IMG/VR virus record: IMGVR_UViG_3300025689_000001 | Coordinates: 58,746 to 122,745 of that record | DNA: 64,000 nt | Direction: 5' to 3' (one strand) | Origin: a virus | Lineage: Duplodnaviria; Caudoviricetes | Shown: positions 36,429 to 47,297 of the stretch, piece after piece | Position numbering within the stretch: position 1 is the first letter of the stretch | Layout: each line of letters begins with the position of its first letter | Program-made: the position numbers and the translations under genes | Notes under the pieces: generated by a model | Seen by the model: only the letters and a program-made list of their open reading frames with translations | What the model was told of the DNA's origin: nothing | The model's database searches: none

Positions 36429-36806
36429 ATGAAAGAATTAACCAATGGAAACACCGCACATATCAATGAGTACACAAAGCGACTTTGCCAAATTCAAACA
36501 GATATGCTTGCAAGGTTAGAGGAACTAAAGCCGATACACTCCAAACTTGAAAGACAGATACAAGAGGTTTTGCATTTACTTGAATTTGAAATGCTTAACG
36601 CGCCACAAAGAGCAAAGGCAGTCAAGCGGCTAACAGATTTAAGAAAAGAAAGACGTATTGTCAAACAGGAAATATATGATATAAATCAGGCACTTAAAAC
36701 ATTTACTTTTCACGCAGACAAACAGCCAAAATGGGAATATCAAATGCAGTACACATACAGCACCGATACAGTCAAGGCTATTTTCGGAGAGGATAACGGC
36801 GAGTAA
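36429..36806 (+). CDS. Hypothetical coiled-coil protein
   Basis: Own promoter, SD and terminator. Confidence 0.7.
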   Translation: MKELTNGNTAHINEYTKRLCQIQTDMLARLEELKPIHSKLERQIQEVLHLLEFEMLNAPQRAKAVKRLTDLRKERRIVKQEIYDINQALKTFTFHADKQPKWEYQMQYTYSTDTVKAIFGEDNGE

Positions 36807-37022
36807 TCGCCGTTTTCTCTTAACATTTTGTTCACATTTTCTCACCGTTATAACGGGAAAGAAATATGAACAGACTATGAACAGGCAGTTGTGCAGATTG
36901 CACATAAAAAGAATAAAATTGTTGAAAATGTTTTACTTGACTTTTGGCTTGAAATGTGGTATTATATATATAGAGGGAAAAAGAAATACAATCCCCCGAC
37001 TTATAGAATGGAGTGTAGAACA

Positions 37023-37190
37023 ATGAGAAGAAGATTAAACAAAAAGCATTTAGTGGAGTTCATCATCGGTGCAATGGGTTGGCTTTGCATTATATGGTTA
37101 GTAGCAAGTGTCATTGATACCGATTTACACAACACAACACCGAATCCGATTTATGCGGATTGGAATATATTTAATATCTTATTTAATTAA
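37023..37190 (+). CDS. Small membrane protein
   Basis: One hydrophobic segment (FIIGAMGWLCIIWLVASVI). Confidence 0.6.
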   Translation: MRRRLNKKHLVEFIIGAMGWLCIIWLVASVIDTDLHNTTPNPIYADWNIFNILFN

Positions 37191-37206
37191 AAGGAGTTGT
37201 TTTATT

Positions 37207-37359
37207 ATGGTAATGGTAAGAAACAGAAAAGGCACATACGGACTGACAAAGGACGAGTTCAGAAATTATATGCGTTCTTTATGGGAGAGGGCACAGGCAA
37301 GGAAAGCCGCCCGTGCTGATATGCAGGCAATGAGAGAGGAAGAAAAGAAAAAGAATTAA
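37207..37359 (+). CDS. Small basic hypothetical protein
   Basis: SD AAGGAG. Confidence 0.6.
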   Translation: MVMVRNRKGTYGLTKDEFRNYMRSLWERAQARKAARADMQAMREEEKKKN

Positions 37360-37565
37360 CCAAATGGGAGCGATTAAGTTCGCTCCCTTAACTTATTCAT
37401 ATTTCGTTCACATATTCTTACCGTTATAACGGTAGAAAATAGTTACAAGACTATGAATAAATTAAAATAAAAACTTTTCTGAAATGGGTTGACATTTTCC
37501 TTGAAATGTGGTACAATAATAGTAGGGAAAGAATACCCCGAATAAATTTTAAGGAGCGTGTTTTT

Positions 37566-37862
37566 ATGAACGCAAATATGACAATGGCTTTTGAAGTCGC
37601 AAATACTTTCATTGAGGATTTTACTATTGACAGTAGAATCACCACACAGAAAAGAGGTAGCACAGTTATTATTGATGTTATCGAAAACGAAAAGAATCAG
37701 CACATTTTCATCTATCTTATTCAGTATCTTTCCAAACTCGGTTTCAGATTCCATGAAATGAGCAACTGGGGTTTTGCAGAGGACGGCGACTATGTTTATA
37801 CCCTCGGTACACCAAACGGCATTGTGGTTGTGAGAATTGCAGATGCCACATTGTGGAACTAA
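37566..37862 (+). CDS. Hypothetical protein
   Basis: Own promoter, SD and terminator. Confidence 0.7.
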   Translation: MNANMTMAFEVANTFIEDFTIDSRITTQKRGSTVIIDVIENEKNQHIFIYLIQYLSKLGFRFHEMSNWGFAEDGDYVYTLGTPNGIVVVRIADATLWN

Positions 37863-38308
37863 GCAGTCATTTTAAGGGCGGAGAAATCCGCCCTTTGTTT
37901 TATTTATTAACTCGTTCATAATTCTGTAACAATTTTTCACCGTTATAACGGTAGAAAAATATGAACAGAATGTGAATAAGTTAAATGAAAATTTTCACAC
38001 AATTTTCACATTCCTATCACACGGCTATCACAATAGTATGGTATAATGCCCCCTGCAAAAGGAATGAACTTTAGGGGGCTAAAGCGTTGAATTAGTCCTC
38101 GGCGGAGCTATGTCCTGCGACCTGTGACCTGCGGCGGAGCTGTGGGCTATCTCTCCCAGCGGAGCTGTGAGCTGCAATGAGCTGTGCAATTTGCACAAAA
38201 GGAGCTGCGAAATGAGCTGAGTTTTCTACTTGACAAGAGCTGCATTTTGTGGTATAATATAATCAGAAAAGGGAAAGGAAAATCCCAAACACCAGAAAGG
38301 AATTGATT

Positions 38309-38824
38309 ATGGATAAAAGAGAATTTGAAGCGTGGATTGACAGCAGACTTGACAGCTTCGCTCAGGTACTTCCCGAAAAACGTAGACCGTGGGTAGATAT
38401 GAGCCTTAAACTTCAGGACAAGAAAAGTTATCTGCTCACTTATCTGAACGCATATATCGGCAACTTCTTCATTCACTGCGACCTCATCACAAGAGAGACA
38501 ACAATCTTCAATACCGCTTCAAAGCATTCGGCTATTGCGAAATGCCGTATGGGAGAAGTGTTCAGCGTTCGTGACGGCGTGGCTATTGCGTGGGCAAAAT
38601 ACAATCACGAGGTTGTGCCTGACTATTCACTTTCTATTTCGAGAGAGGAACTTGTAAACGGTGACAAGTTTATCAGTTCTATCAACAAGAATCACATTCT
38701 TGTTTTCATCGGTTGGATTCCCAATACAAGAAACGGTATGACAGGCAAGTGGGCGGTTGCTCTTGACGATAACCGCAGACCAATCAAAACACAAATCGCA
38801 AATGAAGTTGTCAAGGTAGAGTGA
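38309..38824 (+). CDS. Hypothetical protein
   Basis: Own promoter and SD; shares the AKC..(D/E).(F/Y)....G..IA motif with 40484-41155. Confidence 0.7.
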   Translation: MDKREFEAWIDSRLDSFAQVLPEKRRPWVDMSLKLQDKKSYLLTYLNAYIGNFFIHCDLITRETTIFNTASKHSAIAKCRMGEVFSVRDGVAIAWAKYNHEVVPDYSLSISREELVNGDKFISSINKNHILVFIGWIPNTRNGMTGKWAVALDDNRRPIKTQIANEVVKVE

Positions 38825-39000
38825 TAGTCGGGGCGGTTCGCCGCCCCACACTTTGTTCATAATTTCTTACCGTTATAACGGCAGATAAATATGAACAAGT
38901 TAAATGAAAAAATTTTTAGAAAACACTTGACAAATCATTTCTTTTGTGGTATAATATAATTACAGTAAAGGACAGAAGTCCAATGAAAGGAATTGATTTT

Positions 39001-39345
39001 ATGAATAATATTCACGGTTTTGTTTATGGTTACAAACTCACTTCTCAGGAATTTGAGAAACTCTATTGTGCGTGGTTAGAAGATGAACGAGATGAAGAAG
39101 TGCTTCTCAACTATGTGTGGGAGATTGATGATAACACCAAAATCGTATGTATGAACATTCTCATTATCAATGATGAAGAAGATAACAGCGTTCACTCTTT
39201 CAATGATATAAACAAAATCATTGCAGAGAAAAGAAGTGAGACAGACACATTCTTTGACTTGTTTACACCATTCTTCAATCAGTCACTTACCACTAACATC
39301 TTTAACACATTACCGCAAATCTTTTACATAAACGTATCACTGTAA
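39001..39345 (+). CDS. Hypothetical acidic protein
   Basis: Own promoter, SD and terminator. Confidence 0.7.
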   Translation: MNNIHGFVYGYKLTSQEFEKLYCAWLEDERDEEVLLNYVWEIDDNTKIVCMNILIINDEEDNSVHSFNDINKIIAEKRSETDTFFDLFTPFFNQSLTTNIFNTLPQIFYINVSL

Positions 39346-39564
39346 GCAACGGGCGGCGAAAGCCGCCTGCTCCTCATTAAAACTTTGTTCATAATTTCTT
39401 GCCGTTGTAACGGTAGAAAGTTGTTACAAAATTATTACGGCAACCCCAGTAAATGTTTTCGTCATTTTCACCAAAACTCACCCCACTTTGTTGAAAATGT
39501 TTTGCTTGACATTTACCCCTACTTGTGATATAATATAATTACAGAAAGGAAAGGTGATACCCCG

Positions 39565-39726
39565 ATGAAAGAGTTGAAAACTATGACCAAAAAGGAACGC
39601 AAGGCATATTACAGCCAGTTCCGCAACACTTGGTCTATCAACCCCCTTACTCGAAAGGAAAATAAGAATAAGTATAAGGAGCGTGTTTATCGTGAGAAAG
39701 AGAGATGTGACAGAGAGACGGTTTAA
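39565..39726 (+). CDS. Small basic hypothetical protein
   Basis: SD AAGGTGA after the promoter. Confidence 0.5.
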   Translation: MKELKTMTKKERKAYYSQFRNTWSINPLTRKENKNKYKERVYREKERCDRETV

Positions 39727-39877
39727 GTGTACTGAATGTAATGTGGTTATGACTGCATATAAATCCAGTGCAAGAAGAATGTCAGATGGACATATTAAGA
39801 CAATGTATTGTCCGTGGTGTAAGAAAGAAACTAACTTTGTGCAGTTTCGTTATGAGTTTCAGTTAGAAAGGAATTGA
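39692..39877 (+). CDS. Zn-ribbon protein resembling ribosomal protein bL33
   Basis: CTEC...KTMYCPWCKKETNF; size and Cys spacing as in Zn-binding bL33. Confidence 0.5.
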   Translation: MRKRDVTERRFKCTECNVVMTAYKSSARRMSDGHIKTMYCPWCKKETNFVQFRYEFQLERN

Positions 39878-39882
39878 TTGTT

Positions 39883-40146
39883 ATGTTATTTAAGAGGAAG
39901 TCAAAGGGAAAAGAAGTACAGACACAGGACGTTTTTGTTCATAAGTTTATTTTTTTTAATAGTGATGTAGTAGTCGCTATCGACAGCATTAAAGCAGTCA
40001 TTCGTGACAAAAATAAGATAGAGATTATATACAAAAGCAATGCAAAAATAACAAGTACGATTGTTTTTTATGATAAGGAAGAAAGTGCAATGGAGATAAT
40101 GAGACAGTTAGGATATAATTTAAATCTTGAAACAATAGTATTATAA
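39883..40146 (+). CDS. Hypothetical protein
   Basis: SD GAAAGGA; terminator follows. Confidence 0.65.
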   Translation: MLFKRKSKGKEVQTQDVFVHKFIFFNSDVVVAIDSIKAVIRDKNKIEIIYKSNAKITSTIVFYDKEESAMEIMRQLGYNLNLETIVL

Positions 40147-40483
40147 GAAAATGGGCGGTTCGCCGCCCGTTCATATTTTGTTCATAATTTCTTATTGTTA
40201 TAACGGAGAATAAAAATGAACAGAATGTGAATAAATTAAATGAAAAAATTTTTGAAAACTCCTTGACAAATTCAAATTGTTGTGGTATAATAATATCAGA
40301 GTTAAGGCAACGGACTTAACCGCCACACAAAAGGGCAGAGAAAATTAAATGAAAAAATTTTTGAAAACCCCTTGACAAAATCAAAAAAGTGTGGTATAAT
40401 AAAGGTACAGTAAGGGAAACCCCTACTGAATAAATCAAAACAGTGACGAGTACAACACTTAAAAACCGGAAAGGAATACTACT

Positions 40484-41155
40484 ATGATGAACGCAAAGGA
40501 AATCGCTATGAACGCAATCGCAAAGGCAAAGGCTGACTGGGTAAAGGCTATGACTGAGGACTTCTACGCTGACGAGAAGAAGAACCCTCTCAACATCGGC
40601 GCTATCGGTGTGGGCAACACTATCATCGTGGCATACGCTGACAGCGTGGACGAGCCGCTTATCGGTGTTGCAAAGTGCAATCCGACTGACCGCTATGACC
40701 GTGAAATCGGTATCGCAATCGCATACGCAAGGGCAATCGGCGAGGATATTCCCGACTATGTTCTTGACAGCACTATCTCTCTCGGTGAGGACGAGGACGA
40801 CTGGGACGATGATGACGACTGGGACGATGATGACGACTGGGACGATGACGAGGACGACAGCGATGACGAGGACGACAGCGATGACTGGGACAGCGATGAC
40901 GATGATGACGACTGGGACGATGACGATGACGACTATGACGAGGATTATGTCGAATTCGGTGAAATCGATATTGGTGGTAAGTTCGTCTACGTCGGCGACC
41001 TCTATATCAAGGTGAGCGATAGCGAGGCATACCGCTATGAGGACCAGATGACATGCGTCCTTGGCGAGGCTGGACATGGGCCTTTTAAGAAAGTCGCAAA
41101 ACGCAACGCAAGGCAAGACAAGAGGTCAAGAAAGGATGATAATTATGACAGATAA
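40484..41155 (+). CDS. Hypothetical protein with a long Asp-rich (DDDDDW) repeat tract
   Basis: Tandem 18-nt units (GACGACTGGGACGATGAT) at ~40790-40945. Confidence 0.75.
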   Translation: MMNAKEIAMNAIAKAKADWVKAMTEDFYADEKKNPLNIGAIGVGNTIIVAYADSVDEPLIGVAKCNPTDRYDREIGIAIAYARAIGEDIPDYVLDSTISLGEDEDDWDDDDDWDDDDDWDDDEDDSDDEDDSDDWDSDDDDDDWDDDDDDYDEDYVEFGEIDIGGKFVYVGDLYIKVSDSEAYRYEDQMTCVLGEAGHGPFKKVAKRNARQDKRSRKDDNYDR

Positions 41156-41531
41156 GGAAATTAAACAGCGTTTAAGAGAAATCGAAACACGCAAAGTTCA
41201 TCAGTGTGCAATGGCACTGAAAGCAAAAGGACTTTTCACAAGTGAGGAACTCACTCAGACACTCAGAGAATACGGCGTTGCTCGAGCATACTTTGAACAG
41301 CTTTACCACCTTGAATGGTGCTATGAGTGGATAAAAGAGGGAGAAATGACTTTTGAGGAGTTTATAAGAGACTTCATTTTCAGAACTAATGGCGACAGAA
41401 TTTTCCGTGACAGCATTGATTCAGACAAATATGTAAACAAATACAGACTTAACGGCAATAAGGTTGAACACTATGAACAGTGGTACAGATACCGCATTGC
41501 TTTTCAGAAAAAAGAATTTCTTAACATCTAA
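41145..41531 (+). CDS. Hypothetical protein
   Basis: SD GAAAGGA. Confidence 0.7.
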   Translation: MTDKEIKQRLREIETRKVHQCAMALKAKGLFTSEELTQTLREYGVARAYFEQLYHLEWCYEWIKEGEMTFEEFIRDFIFRTNGDRIFRDSIDSDKYVNKYRLNGNKVEHYEQWYRYRIAFQKKEFLNI

Positions 41532-41807
41532 AATGAATGGGCGGTTCGCCGCCCGTTCACACTTTTGTAACTATTTTCTACCGTTATAACGGAGAAAACT
41601 TATTACAAACTTTCAACACTTTCAACAACCGCCTGCTCCGTCATTATGCACAAATTCAATCCCTATTCTTTGTGCAATATTTTTCTCGAAAAGGTATTGA
41701 CAAAAAAGAAAAGATGTGATATAATATAGGTACAGTAGGGGAAACGGAAACCCTACTGAATACAATCAATGAGAGCCGAACTCACCAAACGGAGAATGGA
41801 GTTAATT

Positions 41808-42200
41808 ATGACTACAAAAGAAATGCTCAATGCCGTTATCAATGGCGAAATCACAGACGAAGTCAAGGCAAAAGCAACTGAAATGCTCGCCGCCGCAGAG
41901 AAGAAGAACACAAAGAGAGCCGAAGCAACCGCAGAAAACCGCTCCGCAAATGCCGCACTCGCCGCTGAAATCGTGGCAGTTATGGCTGACGGTACGGAGT
42001 ATTCCGCCGCTGAACTGCTCCCCCTCATCTCCGCCGCTCACTCCGAAATCACAAAGAACAAAATCGCTTCCGTTATGGCAGTAGCCAAAGAGGACGGACT
42101 TGTCGAAATCAATCCCGAATACAAAGAGGGCGGCAAAGGCAGAAAGAAGAATGGTTACAAGAAGCTCACGGCGGCAACAGAGGAAGTCGAAACAGAGTAA
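41808..42200 (+). CDS. Hypothetical protein, family A (possible winged-helix)
   Basis: Paralogue of 44656-45048 and 59517-59882 (MTTKEML...GGKGRK..GY). Confidence 0.75.
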   Translation: MTTKEMLNAVINGEITDEVKAKATEMLAAAEKKNTKRAEATAENRSANAALAAEIVAVMADGTEYSAAELLPLISAAHSEITKNKIASVMAVAKEDGLVEINPEYKEGGKGRKKNGYKKLTAATEEVETE

Positions 42201-42409
42201 GCCTATGGGAGCGGTAGAAATACCGCTCCACTCCCCTGTTCATTTTTTGTTCATAATTTCTCACCGTTATAACGGACGATAAATGTTACGAAATTGTGAA
42301 CAAAGTATGAATAAGTTAAAAGAAAAAATTTTCAAAAACCCCTTGACAAACTTCAAAAGATGTGGTATAATATAATTGTTCCAAAGGGAACAGAAAGGAA
42401 TGATTACTT

Positions 42410-43477
42410 ATGGCAGAACATTTTATGACTGGTATTTCAAAAGAGGGAAGTGTTATTCTCATTACTCTGAATGACCGCCCTAACCCTATCAAGTATAACT
42501 GCAATACTGGTGAACTCACTTCATTCACTGGTAGAGCAGTAAAGCACTTTCCGCAGTCCTGTACTATCGATGATGTAAACGAGGGTGAACGGTGGGCAAT
42601 CAATACCGTTCGTGAACGTATTAAGTGCGGTATGACTTGCGAATTTCGCAAACTTGAATTGTTTATCGCAGTCCTTGACCTTGTTCGCAATCCGTACAGT
42701 CTTCCTAGTGAGTGTCCTCAGGGATATATCAAGTGGGTGCGTGACAACGGCAAAGACATTTCCGTTGATACCCTCGGCGAATTTCGCATTGAACAGAACA
42801 TCAACAAATTATCCAAAGAGGATAAAGAGGTCTATGAAAAACTCCGCACCGCTTTCAGTTTTAACGACAGACTGATTGAATGGTGGGTAAAGGAAGAAAA
42901 CACCGTTCTCCGTCAGAAATTCCGTCAGATGTTTAAGGCAACAATCAAGTGCTTCACTTGGAATATGTATGATGATTTATACACTTGGTATAGATTTTTC
43001 ATCGGCACCAACAGCGGTCGGCGTGTATGGGGTGACAACTGGGTTGAAAATCTTGACGGCAACAGAGATTTCCGCTATAATGTGAACACTTGCGAACAGC
43101 AGAGGGATAAAGTCAGAAATGACAAAATCCTTGCTAATGAAGAAAAAATCCGCAGTATCACGGAAATTGAGAGCAATGACTTTGTTATCATTGTACCGTC
43201 AGAAATGGACGATTTCACCAAAGAGGGGCAAATGCAGAATAACTGTGTAGGCTCACACTATCACGACAGCATTGCCGCAGGCGACAACCTCATTTACTTT
43301 ATCCGCAAAAAGGCAAGTCCAAACCATTCATATATTACAAACCGTTATAGCACTTGTTGTGGTAGAACAGTCGAAACAAGAATGATTAACAACAGAGACA
43401 ACACCGACAACAAAGCACTTGCATTGATTGAAATTATTGACAAGAAAATCACCGAATTGCTCAAAGCAAAGGAATAA
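42410..43477 (+). CDS. PcfJ-like domain protein, family B
   Basis: C-terminal IVP....F.KEGQMQNNCVG.HY.......IYFIRK; paralogue of 45287-46426. Confidence 0.7.
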   Translation: MAEHFMTGISKEGSVILITLNDRPNPIKYNCNTGELTSFTGRAVKHFPQSCTIDDVNEGERWAINTVRERIKCGMTCEFRKLELFIAVLDLVRNPYSLPSECPQGYIKWVRDNGKDISVDTLGEFRIEQNINKLSKEDKEVYEKLRTAFSFNDRLIEWWVKEENTVLRQKFRQMFKATIKCFTWNMYDDLYTWYRFFIGTNSGRRVWGDNWVENLDGNRDFRYNVNTCEQQRDKVRNDKILANEEKIRSITEIESNDFVIIVPSEMDDFTKEGQMQNNCVGSHYHDSIAAGDNLIYFIRKKASPNHSYITNRYSTCCGRTVETRMINNRDNTDNKALALIEIIDKKITELLKAKE

Positions 43478-43674
43478 AAATGACTGGCGGTCAGAAATGA
43501 CCGCCACATTTTGTTCACAATTTGTTCACATTTATTCACCGTTATAACGGACGATATTCATTACAGAATTGTGAATTTGTTAAAAGAAAAAATTTTCAAA
43601 AAGGTATTGACAAAATGACAAAGTTGTGGTATAATATAGGTGTACCGTAGAGGTACGGAAAGGAATGATGTGCA

Positions 43675-44430
43675 TTGTATAAAATTAAAAATCTTTTCGG
43701 TAGTGTTGCAAGCCTTATGACTTCAAAGCGTGAAAAAATTATCGTGCTTGACGTTGAGGGTTATTCAACTTGCCGTCCGTATAATGTTGGTTACATAGTC
43801 GCTGACTTATATGGAAATGTTTACCGTAAGCGTTCATTCGCTCTGCTCCCTTGTATATGGGAAAATATCGTTTCAATGGTCAATTCTCGCTCCGCTGAGG
43901 AAATGACAAAAAAGAACGTAGAGGAAATTTTGAGGGATATTGAACTCCCTAAACACAAAAGAAAATATCAGCCTATATCCCCCGAAAAATTCGCTGACAT
44001 TTTCACCGCTGACGTTCAAAATTTTAAGGTCAAAAGACTTTTCGCTTATAACGTCAATTTCGATAAAGGTAGTATAAAGCGACTTTTAGGCATTGAAAAG
44101 TTTATGGCTCTCAATCTTGAATACTGCGATATTATCAGCGGTATCGTTTACACAAGACTTTTAACAAAACAGTATGTTGAATTTTGCAAGGCTCACGACT
44201 TTATCACGGAAAAAGGAAACGTAATGACAAAAGCGGAAATCGTGATAAAATATTTAACTGGAAATCTCGACTATGAAGAAGAACATACTGGACTTGCTGA
44301 CGTAATGGACGAATACTTAATTCTTTTAACTGCTCTATCTGCTCACAAAAAAATTGACTGGAAACCGTGCGTAGCGTGGAGATTGTTAAAAAATTTTGCA
44401 GAGGAAAAAGGTATCGCTTTAACGGGGTAA
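43675..44430 (+). CDS. DEDDh 3'-5' exonuclease, family C
   Basis: VLDVEG, AYNVNFD, EEHTGLADV. Confidence 0.8.
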   Translation: MYKIKNLFGSVASLMTSKREKIIVLDVEGYSTCRPYNVGYIVADLYGNVYRKRSFALLPCIWENIVSMVNSRSAEEMTKKNVEEILRDIELPKHKRKYQPISPEKFADIFTADVQNFKVKRLFAYNVNFDKGSIKRLLGIEKFMALNLEYCDIISGIVYTRLLTKQYVEFCKAHDFITEKGNVMTKAEIVIKYLTGNLDYEEEHTGLADVMDEYLILLTALSAHKKIDWKPCVAWRLLKNFAEEKGIALTG

Positions 44431-44655
44431 AGTGAGGCGGCGAAAGCCGCTTCACATTTTGTTCACAATTATCCCCCGTTATAACGGAAGAAACTTATTA
44501 CAAAACTATGAATAAATTAAATGAAAAAATTTTTGAAAACCCCTTGACAAATTCAAATTGTTGTGGTATAATATAGGTACAGTAAAGGTAAGGAACACCG
44601 ATACTGAATAATGAATAGGTCAAGGACAGACCGAAAAACCAGAAAGGAAAATACT

Positions 44656-45048
44656 ATGACTACAAAGGAAATGCTTACTTCTGTTATCAACGGCACTATC
44701 AATGACGAGGTTAAGGCAAAGGCAAGGGAAATGCTTGCAAGTGCCGAGAAGAAGAACGGCAAGCGTGCTGAACAATCCGCTGAAAATCGCTCCGCTAACC
44801 TTGCTATCGCCGAGGTTATCAAGTCCAAGATGAAGAAGAACGTCACCTACGCCGCAAGTGAGATTGTCACTCTCATTGCCGCTGAGTACCCCGACATTAA
44901 GACCGCCAAGATTACTCCTGTTATGGCTGTCGGTATTGAAGAGGGTATGTTCACAAAGGTCGATGATTACAAGGTCGGCGGTAAGGGCAGAAAGGTCAAC
45001 GGCTACACAGCAGTTGTCGCCGAGGACACCGAGAACACCGAGAATTAA
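44656..45048 (+). CDS. Hypothetical protein, family A
   Basis: Paralogue of 41808-42200. Confidence 0.75.
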   Translation: MTTKEMLTSVINGTINDEVKAKAREMLASAEKKNGKRAEQSAENRSANLAIAEVIKSKMKKNVTYAASEIVTLIAAEYPDIKTAKITPVMAVGIEEGMFTKVDDYKVGGKGRKVNGYTAVVAEDTENTEN

Positions 45049-45286
45049 ACCCACTGGGGCAGTAGGAATACTGCCCCAAACTTATTCATATTTTGTTCAC
45101 AAATTCTTTCCGTTATAACGGTAGATAAATGTTACGAAAATGTGAACGAATTGTGAATTAGTTAAATGAAAAAATTTTCAAAAAGGTATTGACGAATCGT
45201 TTCAGATATGGTATAATAACAATGTAGTCAAGAGGACTACACAATAAAGTCACGAAAGACTTAAAAACGGAAAGGAATTGATTGCT

Positions 45287-46426
45287 ATGTCAAGAGTTTT
45301 TAACATCACTGGAATTGAGAAGAACGGTCTTATTGTTACCGTAACTATCGAGGGCAAGGCTAATCCTGTCATTTTCGATATGGCACACCTCAGCTTCACT
45401 TCATACACTGGTAGAGATATTCAGCGTTTCCCTGTCGGCTCTTATTGTCTGTCTGAGGACGGCTTTTCGGGTATTATCCCGAAACTTCTTTTCAACGCTT
45501 TACTGTCTGGCAGTAAGGGCGATGTAAGAAGCAATCTCAGCAAGTTAGAGCTTTTCATCAACAACCCCGAAATTCTCGGCACTATTCGCGATTGTAGTGA
45601 ACTTGCTGACGAGTGCCCGAAAGGTTTTATCAAGTGGCTGAAAGATAATAACAAAATGCCGACAAAAGAAAATCTCACCGACTATAAAAGGGGAATGGCA
45701 TTAAAGAGAATGACACAAGAAGATAAAGAAGTTTATGAACTTCTTTTCGTAGGTGAAAATTCTCCCTACTCTCAGCTTGATAGAGTTTGGTATAACGACA
45801 CTTACAAAGAGTGCTATTTCTCAATGAGTGCCGAACTCCGTCACAAATTCAACAAAATTCTGAAAGTATCTATCAAAGCACTTTCGTGGCAACTGAAAGA
45901 CGAAATGACAACTTTTATTGATAGATTTATCAGAAATATAGGTTGGAGCAGTTGGCTTGACGAGTGGCGTGACGAGTGGCGTCGCCCCGATAACTGGGAA
46001 GAACTGTTAAACACTAACAGAACTTTCAAGTGGAATACTGAAAACATTATTGCTAATGCAAGAAAAGAAATGGAAAACAAAATCATTAAAAATGAAAACA
46101 AAATCCGTGCTATCGAGGAACTTTCAAATGACACTTTTGTTGTTGTCGTTCCGAAAACTTTACAGGACTTTACAGACGAGGGCAATATGCAACATAATTG
46201 TGTAGGACATTTCTATCACAGCAGTATTGCAAACGGCGAAAATCTTGTTTACTTTATCCGCAAAAAGTCAACTCCTGATCGTTCATACATCACAAACAGA
46301 TATATGATAATGAGACACGAAACTGTTGAAACGAGAAAGTTTGCTAATGCTTACAATGACGATGATGAAGCAAAGGCATTGATTAAAGAAATTGACAAAA
46401 TGATTACATCTCTCCTTTCGGAGTAA
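45287..46426 (+). CDS. PcfJ-like domain protein, family B
   Basis: DEGNMQHNCVGHFY...VYFIRK. Confidence 0.7.
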   Translation: MSRVFNITGIEKNGLIVTVTIEGKANPVIFDMAHLSFTSYTGRDIQRFPVGSYCLSEDGFSGIIPKLLFNALLSGSKGDVRSNLSKLELFINNPEILGTIRDCSELADECPKGFIKWLKDNNKMPTKENLTDYKRGMALKRMTQEDKEVYELLFVGENSPYSQLDRVWYNDTYKECYFSMSAELRHKFNKILKVSIKALSWQLKDEMTTFIDRFIRNIGWSSWLDEWRDEWRRPDNWEELLNTNRTFKWNTENIIANARKEMENKIIKNENKIRAIEELSNDTFVVVVPKTLQDFTDEGNMQHNCVGHFYHSSIANGENLVYFIRKKSTPDRSYITNRYMIMRHETVETRKFANAYNDDDEAKALIKEIDKMITSLLSE

Positions 46427-46624
46427 TCATATCGGGGCGGTAGGAATACCGCCCCACCTTTCGTTCATAATTTGTTCACATTTATTTACCGTTATAACGG
46501 ATAAAAATAGTTACAAGACTATGAATAAGTTAAATGAAAAAATTTTCAAAAACCCCTTGACAAACCGCAGAGAATATGTTATAATAAGGCATACTCTAAA
46601 GAGAGTATAGAAAGGAATGATACT

Positions 46625-47068
46625 ATGTACGATTTCAATGAATGCAAAAAGGGATCAAACCCCACAAAAGACAAAGCAAGGGAAATTCTCTTGTCAGACC
46701 TGGAAGAATTTCTCACTGAAAAGTACGGAGCGGAGCAGAGCTCACAAGTGGACGGAAATATGTACGCTGTTTGCTTGGGTACTCGCACACTCGCAGACGG
46801 AACAGACGGAGAAGTTTGTTGTACCATTGAAGTGGTAGCAAAGGAGTTTGATGTTCGTGTGGCGGAGAGGTCCGGCAAAGTCTTTCGGCCCTATGAGAGA
46901 ATAAGAGAAGAAGAAGAATACACTCGCAAGGTGGAGCAGTCAAAGGCAAAGGCAGAGGAGAACAAACGCAAAAAGGAAGAGAAAGCCGCAAAGGACAAGA
47001 AAGCAAGAGAGGAGAGAGCAAAGGCAAAAGCCGGAAAGAGACAAGAAATTCTCGGAGATGAAACATAA
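46625..47068 (+). CDS. Hypothetical protein, family D
   Basis: Paralogue of 58948-59370 (L.EKYG, DGE....V..KEF, charged tail). Confidence 0.7.
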   Translation: MYDFNECKKGSNPTKDKAREILLSDLEEFLTEKYGAEQSSQVDGNMYAVCLGTRTLADGTDGEVCCTIEVVAKEFDVRVAERSGKVFRPYERIREEEEYTRKVEQSKAKAEENKRKKEEKAAKDKKAREERAKAKAGKRQEILGDET

Positions 47069-47297
47069 TTAACAAAAGGGAACGGACTGAACATCCGTTC
47101 CCCTCATTTATTTTTCGTTCACAATTTCTTTCCGTTATAACGGTACAAAAATATTACAGAACTATGAACAAAGTGTGAATTGATTAAATGAAAAAATTTT
47201 CTCAAACCCCTTGACAAAATCCGCAAAGTGTGTTATAATAATAATGTCATAAGGAACAGACTAAACTAACCCCTTATACAGAAAGGAATATAATATA

